A stretch of DNA of 64,000 nucleotides from Octopus sinensis (GCF_006345805.1 NC_043017.1:14632001-14696000); one strand, 5' to 3'. Shown: positions 40,968 to 54,053, counted from the first letter of the stretch. Made by a program: numbers and translations. Notes: generated from the sequence alone by a model not told the origin.

Positions 40968-41565
40968 GCTCGCCCGTCGCTACGTTCTGCGTTCAAATTC
41001 CGCCGAGGTCGACTTTGCCTTTCATCCTTTCGGTGTCGATAAAATAAGCGCCAGTTACGTACTAGGGTCGATCTAATCGACTAATCCCTTCCCCTAAAAG
41101 GCCTTGTGTCTTTAATAGAGATGATTATCAGTATTATTGTAAGGTAGTGAATTGCCAGAATCGTTAGCACGCCGGGCGAAAAGCTTTGTGGAATTTCGTT
41201 CGTTCTTACTTTCTGACTTAAAATTCCGCCGAGCTCGACTTTGCCTTTCGTCCCTTCGGGATTGATAAATACCAGCTGAGCACTGGGATCGATGTAATCG
41301 ACTTACCAACTGCCTCGAAATTGCTGGCCTTGTGCCAAATTTGAAACCATTATTATTAGTAGTAAAGGTGGTGCGCTGGCAGAACCGTTAGCGCGTCGTA
41401 CAAAATGCTTATCAGTATTTCTTCCGTTGTCATGTTCTGAGTTCAAATGGTCGAATTTACTTTTCATCCTTTCGAGGTCGATGAGATAACTACCTGTTAA
41501 GACCTGGGGTCGTTGTAATTGACTAGCCCCCTCTCCTAAATAATTCAGGCCTATTGTAGAAATAA
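40968..41565 (+). mobile_element. Head-to-tail trimer of SINE family B
   Basis: Three colinear units (about 40968-41140, 41141-41362, 41365-41565) share GAGGTCGACTTTGCCTTTCATCCTTTCGG.GTCGAT and are separated by short ATT-rich linkers. Confidence 0.85.
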
Positions 41566-43609
41566 CTATTCTGTTTGACACGACATATGGCTAAGTGTTC
41601 CGCTTTTAACAACCTTAACTATAGAAAGAAATAGCCAACCACAATGAAACAAGTTCGAGTGTTACCCTTTTAGTGATCTTAAGAATGGGACGATATAATC
41701 CAAATCTTTAACATAATGCAGTAAGTTTTTGGAAGGTCCATAAATCTAGACATAAAAAAAACAGAAAGACGGGAATATGTTTTGCGAGTTAAGTATAATT
41801 CCTTTGGTTCAATACCTTATCATTAAATAAATCATATAAAACAATTAACCGACTATCGATTTCCACATTGGCACAAGGCCATGCATTTTGAGAGAGCATG
41901 CAGTCGATTATATTGAACCTCTGAGGGAGGGAAGTCAACTTTATAAACGAAACAAATCTAACATAAGCATTGAACAGAGAATAGTTTTTAACTCCTTCGT
42001 ATCATTAATCTATCAATTGATATATTTTATGTCAAACTGCAGTCACGCTGACTTTTTCAAAAGACATCCACTAAATCAGGAACATCAATTTTTAATTCTA
42101 CCATAAATCAGATAGACTACATACATTAAGGAAATCAGATCTAGAAAACATTTTGAGATTTTAGTTACAATCAAACTTCAAGGCACAAACCTTGATTAAT
42201 CAGAATTACTGATTTGTTGCCTTAAATTCTATTAAAATATTCTTAACGATTCTTCTACACGATTCTTCTATCAGTTGGCTGTGAATAAGTTATCTTACAC
42301 ATACAAACAAAAAACTGATTAGCGCCAGGTGTAAAATAGTAGTATTAACTCGTAATACGATATCACCCGTTTTAAATAATAAAGATTCGTATCAACTCTG
42401 AACCAACGAATTTTGCCATCGTATAACTTAAATTTACGTAAATTGAGATCAATTTCTCCTATTTTGTGACACTTTTTCAGCAAATGCTACAAAGATTATA
42501 CTATTCCAACTGATATTCTGCTGTACAGAGACACAGAAACGTACTTGTAATCTTGTAATAGACAGAATGGGGAACTTTCTGCTTTCTTCTGACAGTTTAT
42601 TGGTTTCTGCTAATCGTTAAACGGCGGGAAAAGGTTGCACGAACGAATGAAAAGGAAAAAATAAATTCTTGAGGGTAATTTTTATATTTATTATCACGTT
42701 AAATAAGTACAAAAACTACGAAAATGTTATTTGAATTTTCTTATGTTAACATAAAAGACAAAATGACAATAAAATTATTTGAGCTTAAATTCATTTGAGA
42801 TTTCCGCATTGTTGTTACCAAATGAATGTACAGATGGAGAAACATTGGTGCAGCTTTTCTATCCAGAGCTGGTTGAAGCATTACTTTGTTCCGTTGAGAG
42901 CATCATCATATACTTCATCTGATAATGAAGGAAAGTCAGAAAAACTTCTTCATTGCTGTACAAAAAATATTCCATTTATGATTCGATTTCTCCCGTTGAT
43001 AAGGGCCCCTTACGCTTAAGCGCATTTGACAGTTCGATGCTTGGGGTGTTAATTAATGCTGTCCAGCATTGAAAGATTAATTAAGAAGAAGGTGAGTGGA
43101 AATGTGTTTCGAAAGAGAATTAACAACAACAGACATAAACGGAATTGGTTTTCGACTGGAGTCTTAATACGCAAATAAATAACAACATTAAACATGGCAA
43201 GTTTGACATTAGTATCAACAGTTTCTCTGCTTTCTTATCGATTTGACTTTCAGTGAAATATGTTTTGCTGGGAATTTTCAGAGATGTCTATCTGCTTACA
43301 GATTACTCTTGTTTTTAGTAATGGATTATTCACTAAATTTCATCCATTGCTCTGTATTCTTTCAAAGTTTTCGTACATATTTCGTATTTGAAATGAAATA
43401 GGGCATCTTCTCTGTTAGATCCTAATTAAAGCTGGTTTATTTGTGTCAGTTGAGAAGGAAGGAATTGTCACCTCCAATTTATATCTGTTGCTTAATTTTA
43501 AGTAGCGATATTTATTTATGTCTTAGTAAGACTAAAACTAGCGCCAAACTAATAATATTTTGATAAATGAATATCGAAAGTGTTTCAGAGTACTTCTAAG
43601 AAATATCAG

Positions 43610-43740
43610 CATGCGTAGTCGACTGGTTAACGAGTTTGCCTCGCAAGTATACAATTTCAGGTTCAATTCCACTACACATTACTTTAGGTATTCTACCATA
43701 GTCTCAGGACAATCAAAGTCTTATGTGTGAAAGTTATCAA
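43610..43740 (+). mobile_element. SINE family A, degenerate 5' half
   Basis: Head with GGTTCAATTCC, then TTCTACCATAGTCTCAGG..CAAAGTCTT.TGTG, similar to the family A core. Confidence 0.5.
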
Positions 43741-43796
43741 AGTGCAGGCCATCAATAGAACTGTTCCTGTTCTTGGACGGGGACTTGATTCCTCAC

Positions 43797-43828
43797 CTGT
43801 GCTTCGCCGCCGCACCTCCCGCCGCCAT
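43797..43828 (-). CDS. Candidate first coding exon MAAGGAAAKH(S/R)
   Basis: ATGGCGGCG start in a local CpG-rich patch, an upstream in-frame stop, and a strong donor CAG|GTGAGG at 43797/43796. Confidence 0.4.
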
Positions 43829-44706
43829 CACCCTCTCGGATGCCTTTATGGAATCTACATGGTTTCAAACATTCAGGAGAAGCCTTTGGCTTGAAGTTTC
43901 TCGCACTAGTTTCAGTGGTCCCTAATACAGGACATGGGCGTTACCCCTTCTCCTCATTGAACCACTCTATTTACCCTATTTTATGGCACCGAGGGCGTTA
44001 TTTTTCTGATAAAATAGATTTCGATTACTGAGCGTGTGTTTCCAACGTATCTCTCACCCATGACCTTATCTATGTTAAACTTATTTTATATTTCTGTATT
44101 AAATCAGACTAAGAGATCGACGGCAGCTCACAGTGAACACAAACTTATTAACAAGAGACATTTTGGTACAATAGGGGGAAATGGTGGGACATTGTTTTAG
44201 GTTTGTTTTGGTTTCCAAATTTACATGCCAAAGTTGGAGACGGGGGCATCTTCGAGATTGGAGCATCTCAAGGTGGTGCTCCAGCATGACAGTCCAATAA
44301 ATGAAATTAGTAAAAGGATAAAAGGATCCTCATATATGGAAATGAAGTATACAGCAGTGTTTCTGATGATAGGGATCAGTACGGAGATCGGGACTTCGAA
44401 GTTTGAAAAATTGGGCGAAAAATTTGCCATGTTTAATGAATTGAAACTATTATTGAATTTTTAAACTTTACGTCGCTTGGCAAAGAAAAAGAAATTACAT
44501 GGATGTAAACTGTTTTATTTCTTATTAATAAAAAAAAAGTGTGCCGGTAGACAAAGGTCCTTAATATTTTAATGGTTGTTTCAGGGCCGCTGCTATGAAA
44601 GACAAAATTCTGTAAATTTATTTCCGCAATGAATAAAGCAAAATTTTCTGCCAAATAAAGATTAAGGTCAGTTATCCTAGAAATCCTGAGGATAGATTTT
44701 AATCTG

Positions 44707-44720
44707 GTTTCCATGGCAAT
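44707..44720. promoter_or_regulatory. RFX X-box-like motif
   Basis: GTTTCCATGGCAAT, one terminal mismatch from GTTNCCATGGNAAC. Confidence 0.3.
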
Positions 44721-45140
44721 AAAGGGACTGAGATAAGAACATTCCCCCACTGAACGATCACATTCGGCTAAATAAGCAATGTTTAAGATTTTTGTTTAAG
44801 CCGTATCTTAACGAAACCTTTCATTGCATGAAAGATAGTTTCCATCGTAAACATTTCGCGGGGACATCGACAAATTCAGTTCTGGGTTAAGGGGTCAAAT
44901 GAAGGATTTCACTTCGTGTTCGTATTAAAGTCTTTGGATAGTCATAAACACTGCAACCTTTACATTTACTAATATAACAACTTGTTTAGCGATCTCAGAT
45001 GAATTAGATAGAAAAATACAAAAAAAAAACAAAAACAAAACAACAGTTTCGATTTCTGCTGAAGATTCAATAAAAGTTCCTCTCTAAGCATATTTCACAA
45101 ATCAATATCAATTTCTTTCTCTCTCTCTCTCTCTGCACGA

Positions 45141-45175
<35 letters not shown>

Positions 45176-46124
45176 TAAAGATAGAAAGGGAGCTATTAGT
45201 AGAGGACACCTTCAATACTACCAGCACAACCACCCCTGGCCACCACAACCCACCTCCACCACCCAAAAACTAAAGTGACATTGGGTGAATGGCAGCTTCA
45301 TCAATGTAACCCAAGAAACACAGTTGTATTGATTTTAATGACCATCACATCGATAGAGACTCGATATCGATTACTTTTCCATCGAAATGTACTTGCAACA
45401 CCTCTCTACATCATGAAATGTTTTGTTCTTCTATTGTTACGCAGACATGAAGAAGTAGCAATACAGGAATCCGTCTTTAATTTAGGAAAGTCTCCAATAA
45501 AAGAATAACTTAACAAATCTCTAGCCATGACCCCCCCCCTACAAACAAAGACCCCAAGATTACAATTTCCAACGAGCCCTTTCTTAAGACGATGGGTTGT
45601 ATTAGTTTGGAGGAAGATTTGACTTCTCTTTCATGCAGGTCACTTGAAATGCTCCATCGTTCATTGGTTCGAATCTGTTGTAACTGAAAGATGTTGTGCC
45701 TAAATATGGCATATCAAGATGTTGTTAATGGCTTAAACATTCGGTTTCTATTCTTTAGCAAATCTATTGAGCCATTGGTATTGTAAAGTTAGTTTCGTTA
45801 ATCAAAGCCTTTTGTCAATACATTATCACAGGATCTTGCTATCAGTTTTCTATCGAACCCATTAATGACTTACACCTAGATTCTGTTTTATATCACAATA
45901 GGCCAGTCTGTTCAGTTGACGGCGAATATCCAGCCAGCTTGCTTTCATTTTCATATTGACCGTCAATTAGAGCAGAGAAGACCAACTGTTGACGAATAAA
46001 ACTTGTTTTAAAATCTCGGCCACTCCTCCTATCACATTCTTTTCGTATCTCTGAATATTCGATTAAATATTGGCTGTCGTCCAAATGATAAATAATTTCT
46101 TGCAAGTCATCAATGTGAGTGGTT

Positions 46125-46138
46125 GTTGCCATGGTAAT
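46125..46138. promoter_or_regulatory. RFX X-box-like motif
   Basis: GTTGCCATGGTAAT, one terminal mismatch from GTTNCCATGGNAAC. Confidence 0.3.
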
Positions 46139-46484
46139 TAACACTAATGTTTACTCCTCCACGTTTCCCTTTTCCCAAAGTTCTTGCTTGTTTCACCTGA
46201 AAGCCTTCATTCAGTCAATTTAGCTTTTGTTGTATTCAAAAGATTACAACGATTTTCAGAATAAACTAAAGACCGAATACCAGTTCGTGTTTGCCACGAG
46301 AAATCGGACGAAATCTCTCCACTGTTGCCACTTCATCGATTACCGTATTTGCTCTCTTAACGTTAAACCAATCACTAGATTAGCAAATCTATCGCCGCTA
46401 AACACACTGCTTTCGACTTTCATTTGCAGACATCTTAAAAATACAAATGGATCTGTACTTTTGATATATATATATATATGTATG

Positions 46485-46544
<60 letters not shown>

Positions 46545-46659
46545 GTGTGTGTGTATGTATGCATATATACACACACATGTATATATGATAGATCGATAGA
46601 TAAGAGAGAGAGAGAAGGAGGCACTGATATGATTGTGTAATTAAGTTTCAGGTTTAGTC

Positions 46660-46970
46660 TCACCGCGAGGCGCCTTGGACAAATGTCTTCTTCTATGGAC
46701 CCGGGTTGATAAATGCTATGTGAGTGAATTTGGCTGACGAAAATTCTATAGGTGCCGGTTGTGTGTGTGTGTGTGTGTGTGTGTATGCGTGTGTGTGCCT
46801 TTCCACCGCTCCACAGCAGGCGTTGGTTTGTTTATTTAACGGATGGCAATTAAAGAGACAGAATAAATGTTAGACTTGAAATAAGTAGTGGGGGAGGGGG
46901 AGGGGGTTGATTTGGTCGCTTAAGACGCTGCTCCAGTATGGTCGCTGAGCGAAACAAGTAAAAGAATAAA
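46660..46970 (+). mobile_element. SINE family A, old degenerate copy
   Basis: Core CCTTGGACAAATGTCTTC..GTGAGTGAATTTGG, an internal (TG)n, and tail GCTGCTCCAGTATGGTCG..AAACAAGTAAAAGAATAAA. Confidence 0.65.
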
Positions 46971-47527
46971 TTTTCTGAGGTTTCTTTTTTTTTTTGAAGG
47001 TTTGCTCTGGGAGAAAGGATCTCTGATATCTGGTTAATCACGCTATTGGCAGGGAGCAAATGCAGAGAATGAGGGACGGGCAGAGGTGTAGACGAACGTC
47101 AGGCGCAGCTTTATACTAACAAATGATCAATTCATCATGATATGAATTCTATAATAATAATAATAATAAATCCCACCCCCCTAAAAAATGGTATTTTAGA
47201 AACATGTAGGCATCCCAGTAGAACCGCATCTCAAAAAAAAAAAAAAAAAAAAAACCAAAAGACTGCGTTGCGAAGTAACATCCTTAGAAAAATCTTATCA
47301 AATGAAATGTTTATGTTGTCTGAACTGAAAGTCTTTCTGTACTACCCTCCCCACCTCATTTGCATTGGGGTGCTGAGTATGTCAAGGGGCTGCATTTTGT
47401 CAGTCAATTTAGATTGATGTTCTCCCTTGGCTTAGTCAAATACATTTATTTAGTTATTGCTTAGAGAAGGAAGGGCAAGAGCTGTGGTCTTTTCAATGTT
47501 TCGGCGCCTGATCCGAGGAACTTACAG

Positions 47528-47682
47528 CCAAAAAGAAGACTTGGCTTGAAAGTCTGCAAAAGTGGGTTCTACTGGAGGCCCCCAATGCGTCAACGGCGGA
47601 TCGTGTTAAGCTAGCTGACAACAAGGTGGACTTCACCAAAGCTTCCAAACCTATTAAGCCTGCCACGTCAGAACAAAAGTGA
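47528..47682 (+). CDS. Candidate terminal coding exon or gene fragment
   Basis: Open frame 47512-47682, SEELTAKKKTWLESLQKWVLLEAPNASTADRVKLADNKVDFTKASKPIKPATSEQK*. Possible acceptor TTACAG| at 47527 and AATAAA at 47814-47819. Confidence 0.3.
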
Positions 47683-47832
47683 TTACTCTGACATACTTCC
47701 ATGTTTCCTTCGGCAGAATTCCACTCAGAAAGCTTTAGTTAAATCGAGCCCACGGTAGAAGATGACGAAAGAGGCTTCACAATGGGATCGAAACACAAAC
47801 TACAAACTCATGAAATAAACACAGGCACCTAC

Positions 47833-47877
<45 letters not shown>

Positions 47878-47962
47878 CTATATACACACACACACACACA
47901 CATATATATAAGCGCCTACGCACGAAACTCTCGGACCGCACACATACCCCCCCCCCACATAT

Positions 47963-48009
<47 letters not shown>

Positions 48010-48092
48010 TCTTTTGGCTTCCTTCGCAAACGAAGATTTTAGGAGGGGCATGCCCACGTCTGTTGTAAGCTTGCTGATGTATGTATGCCCGT

Positions 48093-48154
48093 ACACACAC
48101 ACGCACACACATACACACACACATGCTCACACACACACACACACGCGCACACAC

Positions 48155-48193
<39 letters not shown>

Positions 48194-48703
48194 CGCACAC
48201 ACACGCACACACACGCACACACGCACACACACACACACGCACCACCGCAACACACGCACACACACACACACCACACACACGCACACACACGCACACCACA
48301 CACACGCACACACACACCACACACACACCACACACGCACATACACACACGCACACACACGCACACACACACTCACACACACTCACACACACACACACGCA
48401 CACACCACACACGCACACACACGCACACACACGCACACACACACACACACGCGCACACACACACACACAACACACACACACGCACACACACACACGCACA
48501 CACCCACACACACACACACGCACACACACGCACACACACCGCCACACACACACGCACACACACCACACACGCACACCACACACACGCACACACCCACACA
48601 CACACACACACAACGCACACACAACGCACACACACGCACACACGCGCACCACACGCACACACCACGCACACACATGCACACACACACACACGCACACACA
48701 CGC

Positions 48704-48748
<45 letters not shown>
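48093..48748. repeat. About 650 bp imperfect (CA)/(CG) tract
   Basis: Direct reading. Confidence 0.97.
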
Positions 48749-48750
<2 letters not shown>

Positions 48751-49239
48751 AATGTATTAATGATTTATACATTAAAGTCAAAACGCAGAAATCTTACTGG
48801 TCCGAACATGTTTTCCGCAACGCGCATGCGCTCGTGTACAAACATGCCATATGTGTGTGTGTGGTGGGGATGCGTGGTTGTTAAGAAGTCCGGGAAACTC
48901 TGAGTAACCACCACCTCTTCCACTGAATAATGTCATGCCACTCTATCTAGCAGCAGACACTAACTATCTTTCTCGCTTTATCGAATTGACTAACGCGTGT
49001 GTAAAGCCACAACACACCATGTATACATACATACATACACTGATATGTATGTATGTATGTATGTATACATACATATATTGATATGTATGTATATGATGAT
49101 GGTGATGATGATGATGATGATGATGATGATGTTGCCATTAATTAAAGGAATTCATCGATATTAAGGCAAAGTATTGACCTATGTTTGTGCATAGACACAT
49201 TACGTGGCAAATGTTACACTATTATACCTATTTCAGCGT

Positions 49240-51034
49240 TTTCTCAAGGCAGCTGGTTTCGGTGCAGTCTTCCGCGGGTGGATCGATGCTTTGTACAGCA
49301 ACATCTGCTCGGTGATGCCGGTGAACGATCACCTTTCGGAGCCGTTTGACATCTCGCGTTCGGTCCGCCAAGGATGCCCTCTCTCCTCCCTCTCGTACGT
49401 ATTGACTCTCGAGCCATTACTGCGCAAGTTGGAGGCTCGCGCGATCTAGGAGGCGGAACAGCGTGTCTGCCTATGCCGACGACGTCACCGGGATGGTGTC
49501 GAGCCACAGGCACATTGACCTGATTGGCGAGACACTAAACGAGTACGAAGCGGTGACAGGTGCAAAGAATAACGTAGAAAAGTCCGTGGGCTTGCAACTA
49601 GACACCTGGTCCGGTCCAGATCTCCAGGTAGATAAAAACTGGGAAGAGGTGACGAACAGGGTGGCCAATCTCGCCCAGAAATGGGCCGAGAGGAAGCTGT
49701 CCCTGAAAGGTCGAGCGGAGGTGGCGAATGCGTACATCGCATCCGTCATCTATTACCGATTGACTGTCGTCCCCTGTTCCGATCGCTGGTTGGCCAAGCT
49801 GGTGCGCTTGCTCTTCGACTTCTTGTGGAAGGATCAGGTACCACTGGTCAGGCGATCCATCTGCTGTCAACAGCCGCTGGACGGAGGCCTTGGAATGCCG
49901 TGGTTACTGATGCGTAGACATGCGCTCAGGCTACAGCATCTCAAGCGTTTCCTAGACGGTGAACAGGTGTGGTCATCTTTTGTCAGACGCGACTTTCCGC
50001 AGCTCGTACCCTTTGACAGAGTTGCAGTCTTGGATCAAACGCAGACCGAGAAAGGTCGCTTGGCACCTCGAGTGCCGTCAAGCTCTCTCCGCCCTGCACC
50101 AGGCGGGAAATGCGATCGACAGTGGTTCCACTCTAGCGTTCTATAGAGGGTTAGAGAAAGAAAAGTGCGACGACGTTCTCGGGGAAACTCCAGGCGTTGA
50201 CGATAACGAGCCAAACAGTCTGTTCGGGAGAACTTTCGGGCCGGGGCCAATGGACAATTTCCAAAAGTCCCTCGCCTGGCAGTGCTAACGAGGGGCTCTG
50301 CCTGTTCGAGATAAACTCTACCGGAACGGAAGTGCCCTCAGACGGGCCTGCTCGAGGTGCGCCAGGACGACGAAACCGTTCTGCACGCACTCGTCCAGTG
50401 CCCGAGTATTGCTGAACTATGGGTTTATGTCGAACAACTACTGTCGCGTATAGGACGGATCCGGCTCTCAGCTGAATCCATAGTGAGGATTGCCCCGCCG
50501 ACCTCCTTTAACAGGGAGGGCAAGGCAGTTTTCCTTTGCCTAGTGGCCGTAGCGAAAGAGGTGATATGGTGGACCTGTTCGAAAGGGCTAAGATCAGACA
50601 CTTTCCTCTTTGGCCCAGGCCTCATCAACTTTTTCAAGTTTCACTTGAAAAAGAATATGAGAGTAGAGAGGGAAGTGATGTCTGGTAGCAAATTTATTGA
50701 GTGGTGGGCGAATGTCGCAAGAATGGCCAGTGTGAACGGACCAATTCTGAGGATACACCTGTGAAAAATTAAAAGGAAATATAAAAGGAGAAAGGGGCTC
50801 TCTACCCCCCTTTTGACCAGGCTCCCATGGCTTTTATGGGTTTTTCCACGAGTAACCTTTCGAAGCGCCTCCCCCTATTGGGAGTTTTAATTGTTACTTA
50901 CTCTTCGTTGTTATCCTGCTTTTGTTCACGGACCTTTTTCAAACTGTCAAAACCCTTTGCAACTTTCGTCCTGTGTTTTGTCCCTTTATGTTTTAAATGA
51001 TTTTTGTTAGCCCTTGTGGCCAATAAACGAACGA
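49240..51034 (+). mobile_element. Tx1-type retrotransposon copy C, diverged subfamily, 5'-truncated and internally deleted
   Basis: SVRQGCPLS, YADD, LSLKGRAEVANAYIAS and ETVLHALVQCP motifs over broken frames. The 3' end AGCCCTTGTGGCCAATAAACGAACGA is followed by (ATT)n. Confidence 0.9.

Positions 51035-51095
<61 letters not shown>
51035..51095. repeat. (ATT)n tract
   Basis: Direct reading. Confidence 0.97.
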
Positions 51096-51096
<1 letters not shown>

Positions 51097-51735
51097 CGTG
51101 AGTACATTGGACGAAATGCTACGTTCTGAGTTCAACCCTCTAAGTTCGACTTCGACTTTCATACTTACGGGGTCGATGAATTAAGTACCAGTGAAACGCT
51201 GAGGTTGATGTAATTGACTTGTCCCCTCATCCCAAATGGCAAAATTGGAAACCATTATTATAATTATCAAGGCGGCGAGCTGGCAGAAACGTTAGCACGC
51301 CGGGCGAAATGCTTTGCAGTATTTCGACTGCCGCTACGTTCTGAGTTCAAATTCCGGCGAGGTCGACTTTGCCTTTCATCCTTTCGGGTCGATGAAATAA
51401 GTATCAATTACACACTGGGGCTGATGTAATCGACTAGCCCCCTTTCCACCAAATTTCCATGTGCCTAGAGTAGAAATAATAATAATAATAATAATGATAA
51501 TAATAATAATAATAATTATTATTATTATTATTAAGGCGCTAAGCTCGTAGAAGCGTAAGCATGCTGGACAAAATGCTTAGCGACGTTCCGTCCACCTTTT
51601 AATGTTTTGAGCTCAAATGCCGCAGAGGTCGACTTTCGTTCTTTCGGGGTCAATAAACTGAGCACTAGAAACGAGGTAATCGGCTAGATCCCTCCCCTCA
51701 AATGTCATGGCTGTAGTAGAAAGAATTATTATAGC
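51096..51735 (+). mobile_element. Second head-to-tail trimer of SINE family B
   Basis: Units at about 51096-51268, 51271-51530 and 51535-51730, each followed by ATT/AAT repeats; head GGCGGCGAGCTGGCAGAAACGTTAGCACGCCGGGCGAAATGC. Confidence 0.85.
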
Positions 51736-52160
51736 TTAGACCCTAAAACATTCTTCAACGTTGGGGTAGGAAATAAGATAAAATCCATCGCATGATAAAA
51801 TAAAATCACATACAAACAGAATCGAAATAACTGGTCTCCACGTTGCGTTTCTATGGTTACGTGGCTTACTAATTAATACAATTAAGATTATGGAGTTGAA
51901 AAACTTGGTTGCAATATTGATTAATTCATTCTAAATAAAAAACAAAAAAAGAAAAAAACCTCTTTCTTCTGTCCAACTAAGATTATTATTGTAAAAACAT
52001 TGTTGTCGCTCACTCTAACGAGATCCGTGTACAATGTGCCGGAGACTTGTTTGACAGCTCTGGGTGTCAGCAGAACGCTTTACACGAAACAATATTTTAA
52101 TGATATTTATCCAATCAGCCACAGAAAGAAGACAAAATAGAGCATGACGGGAGTAGGACG

Positions 52161-52234
<74 letters not shown>

Positions 52235-52277
52235 CCATGTAGATATATACATAGATACAAACATATGTATGTATATA

Positions 52278-52309
<32 letters not shown>

Positions 52310-52362
52310 CACACAGACATATACCTATACATATACGCATACATATCTACAAACACGCACAT

Positions 52363-52397
<35 letters not shown>

Positions 52398-52525
52398 CAC
52401 ACACAAACACATGCATACACACACATATATATACACACAAACACACATACATATATATAAATGTGTATGCATATATGTAAAGTATGTATACATTAGCCAA
52501 CCTACACATATACACACACGCACAC
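52161..52525. repeat. (CA)/(TA) compound microsatellite
   Basis: Direct reading. Confidence 0.92.
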
Positions 52526-52806
52526 GTGACATGCTAAGTCCTGGTTTCTCCTCAGAACCGGATACAGTTCACGAAAAAAAATCTTCTGTCATGTGACAAC
52601 AAACTTATCGCTAAATGAATATTCAAAGACAGTAAGAATATATTAATAACCTGAAGAGTATTCATACATACATAATATATACATACATACATACATACAT
52701 ATATATATCTATATATATACATATATACATATACATACATATATATATGTATACATACATATATAATATAATACATACATACATATATATATACATATAT
52801 AATATA

Positions 52807-52869
<63 letters not shown>

Positions 52870-52877
<8 letters not shown>

Positions 52878-53105
52878 TATTTATGTATATGTATGTGTGT
52901 GTATATATTTGTATGTCTGTTTGTCCTCCCTCTTACATCACTTGACAACCGATGCTGGTGTGTTTACGTCCCCCTAGCGGTTCGGCAAAAGTAAATGATA
53001 GAATAAGTACTAGGCTTACAAAGAATAAGCTATAGGGTTGATTTTCTCGACTAAAGGCGGTGCTGCAGCATGGCCGCAGTAAAATGACTGAAACAAATAG
53101 AAGAG
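52870..53105 (+). mobile_element. SINE family A, 3' half
   Basis: CTTGACAACCGATGCTGGTGTGTTTACGTC..GGCGGTGCTGCAGCATGGCCGCAG matches 16068-16240. Confidence 0.8.
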
Positions 53106-54015
53106 TGAAATACACATATATAATATATATACATGTGACCTCGTGTGTACCGTTGGCGATTTTTTTTCCTCTGTCTTCCCTTCTCTGGATCTTTCCTTCT
53201 CCTATGTTTCCGACAAAGAGCTCCGCTCGAAACGCTAAGCCCTCCTTCTTCCCTTCTTTCCTGAGCGTCCAATAATACTATATTTGTTCCACGTCCTCGC
53301 GTTGTTGTGAGAGGTAGGGGGAGGAGGGGAGAGGGGGAGAGGGGGGAGAGAGGAGAGAAGGGGAGTGAGGGAGCAGTATATATATATATATATATATATG
53401 CATATATAAACATATATAAACATACACACACACACACACAACCACCCCCACCATCGCTACCAGAGGTGGTGGTGGTAGTTGTAGTATTAATGGATGTAAT
53501 AAATTGTATCGTACTAATTACGATTTTGTGTTTCAACTGGGCAATCTGGTTTCGATATCTGGTATGGGAATGATGTTAATTTAGTGACCACCACCCGCTA
53601 AATGGCAGCTGTAAAATATATAATGAAAGCCATCTTTTATTTGATATATTCCATTGAAATGGTTGTTGTTAGGTGTAACTGAACATCTTTAGGTGAAGGT
53701 TTAGTAAATAATAATGGCAACATGTACCACGTGCATGCACGAACGCACGCACACTCACTCACACACACACACACACACACCACACACACACACTCACACA
53801 CACACACACCACACACACACAACACACACAAACACACACACACTCACTCACACACACACACACAAACACAAACACACACCGCACTAGGGTCTTACATTTA
53901 TCAATACAAAGCTTCAACGCTATAATTCTCTACAGCATAAATATAGAAACATCATTTCATACTAATAAATACACATTGTGGGTATGTGTGGTAGAAAATA
54001 AAAAACGAATTGATA

Positions 54016-54053
<38 letters not shown>

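Noticed and set aside
40968-41565. Regularly spaced repeats as a CRISPR-like array
   Set aside because: The units are about 200 bp diverged SINE copies with no unique spacers, in eukaryotic DNA with no cas genes.
45893-46144. 83 aa minus-strand ORF (HIDDLQEIIYHLDDSQY..)
   Set aside because: This length is expected a few times by chance in a window this size; no motif or splice support.
48822-48831. GCGCATGCGC NRF1-like palindrome
   Set aside because: It is adjacent to a CA/CG-rich tract where such words arise readily, and it is a single unsupported motif.
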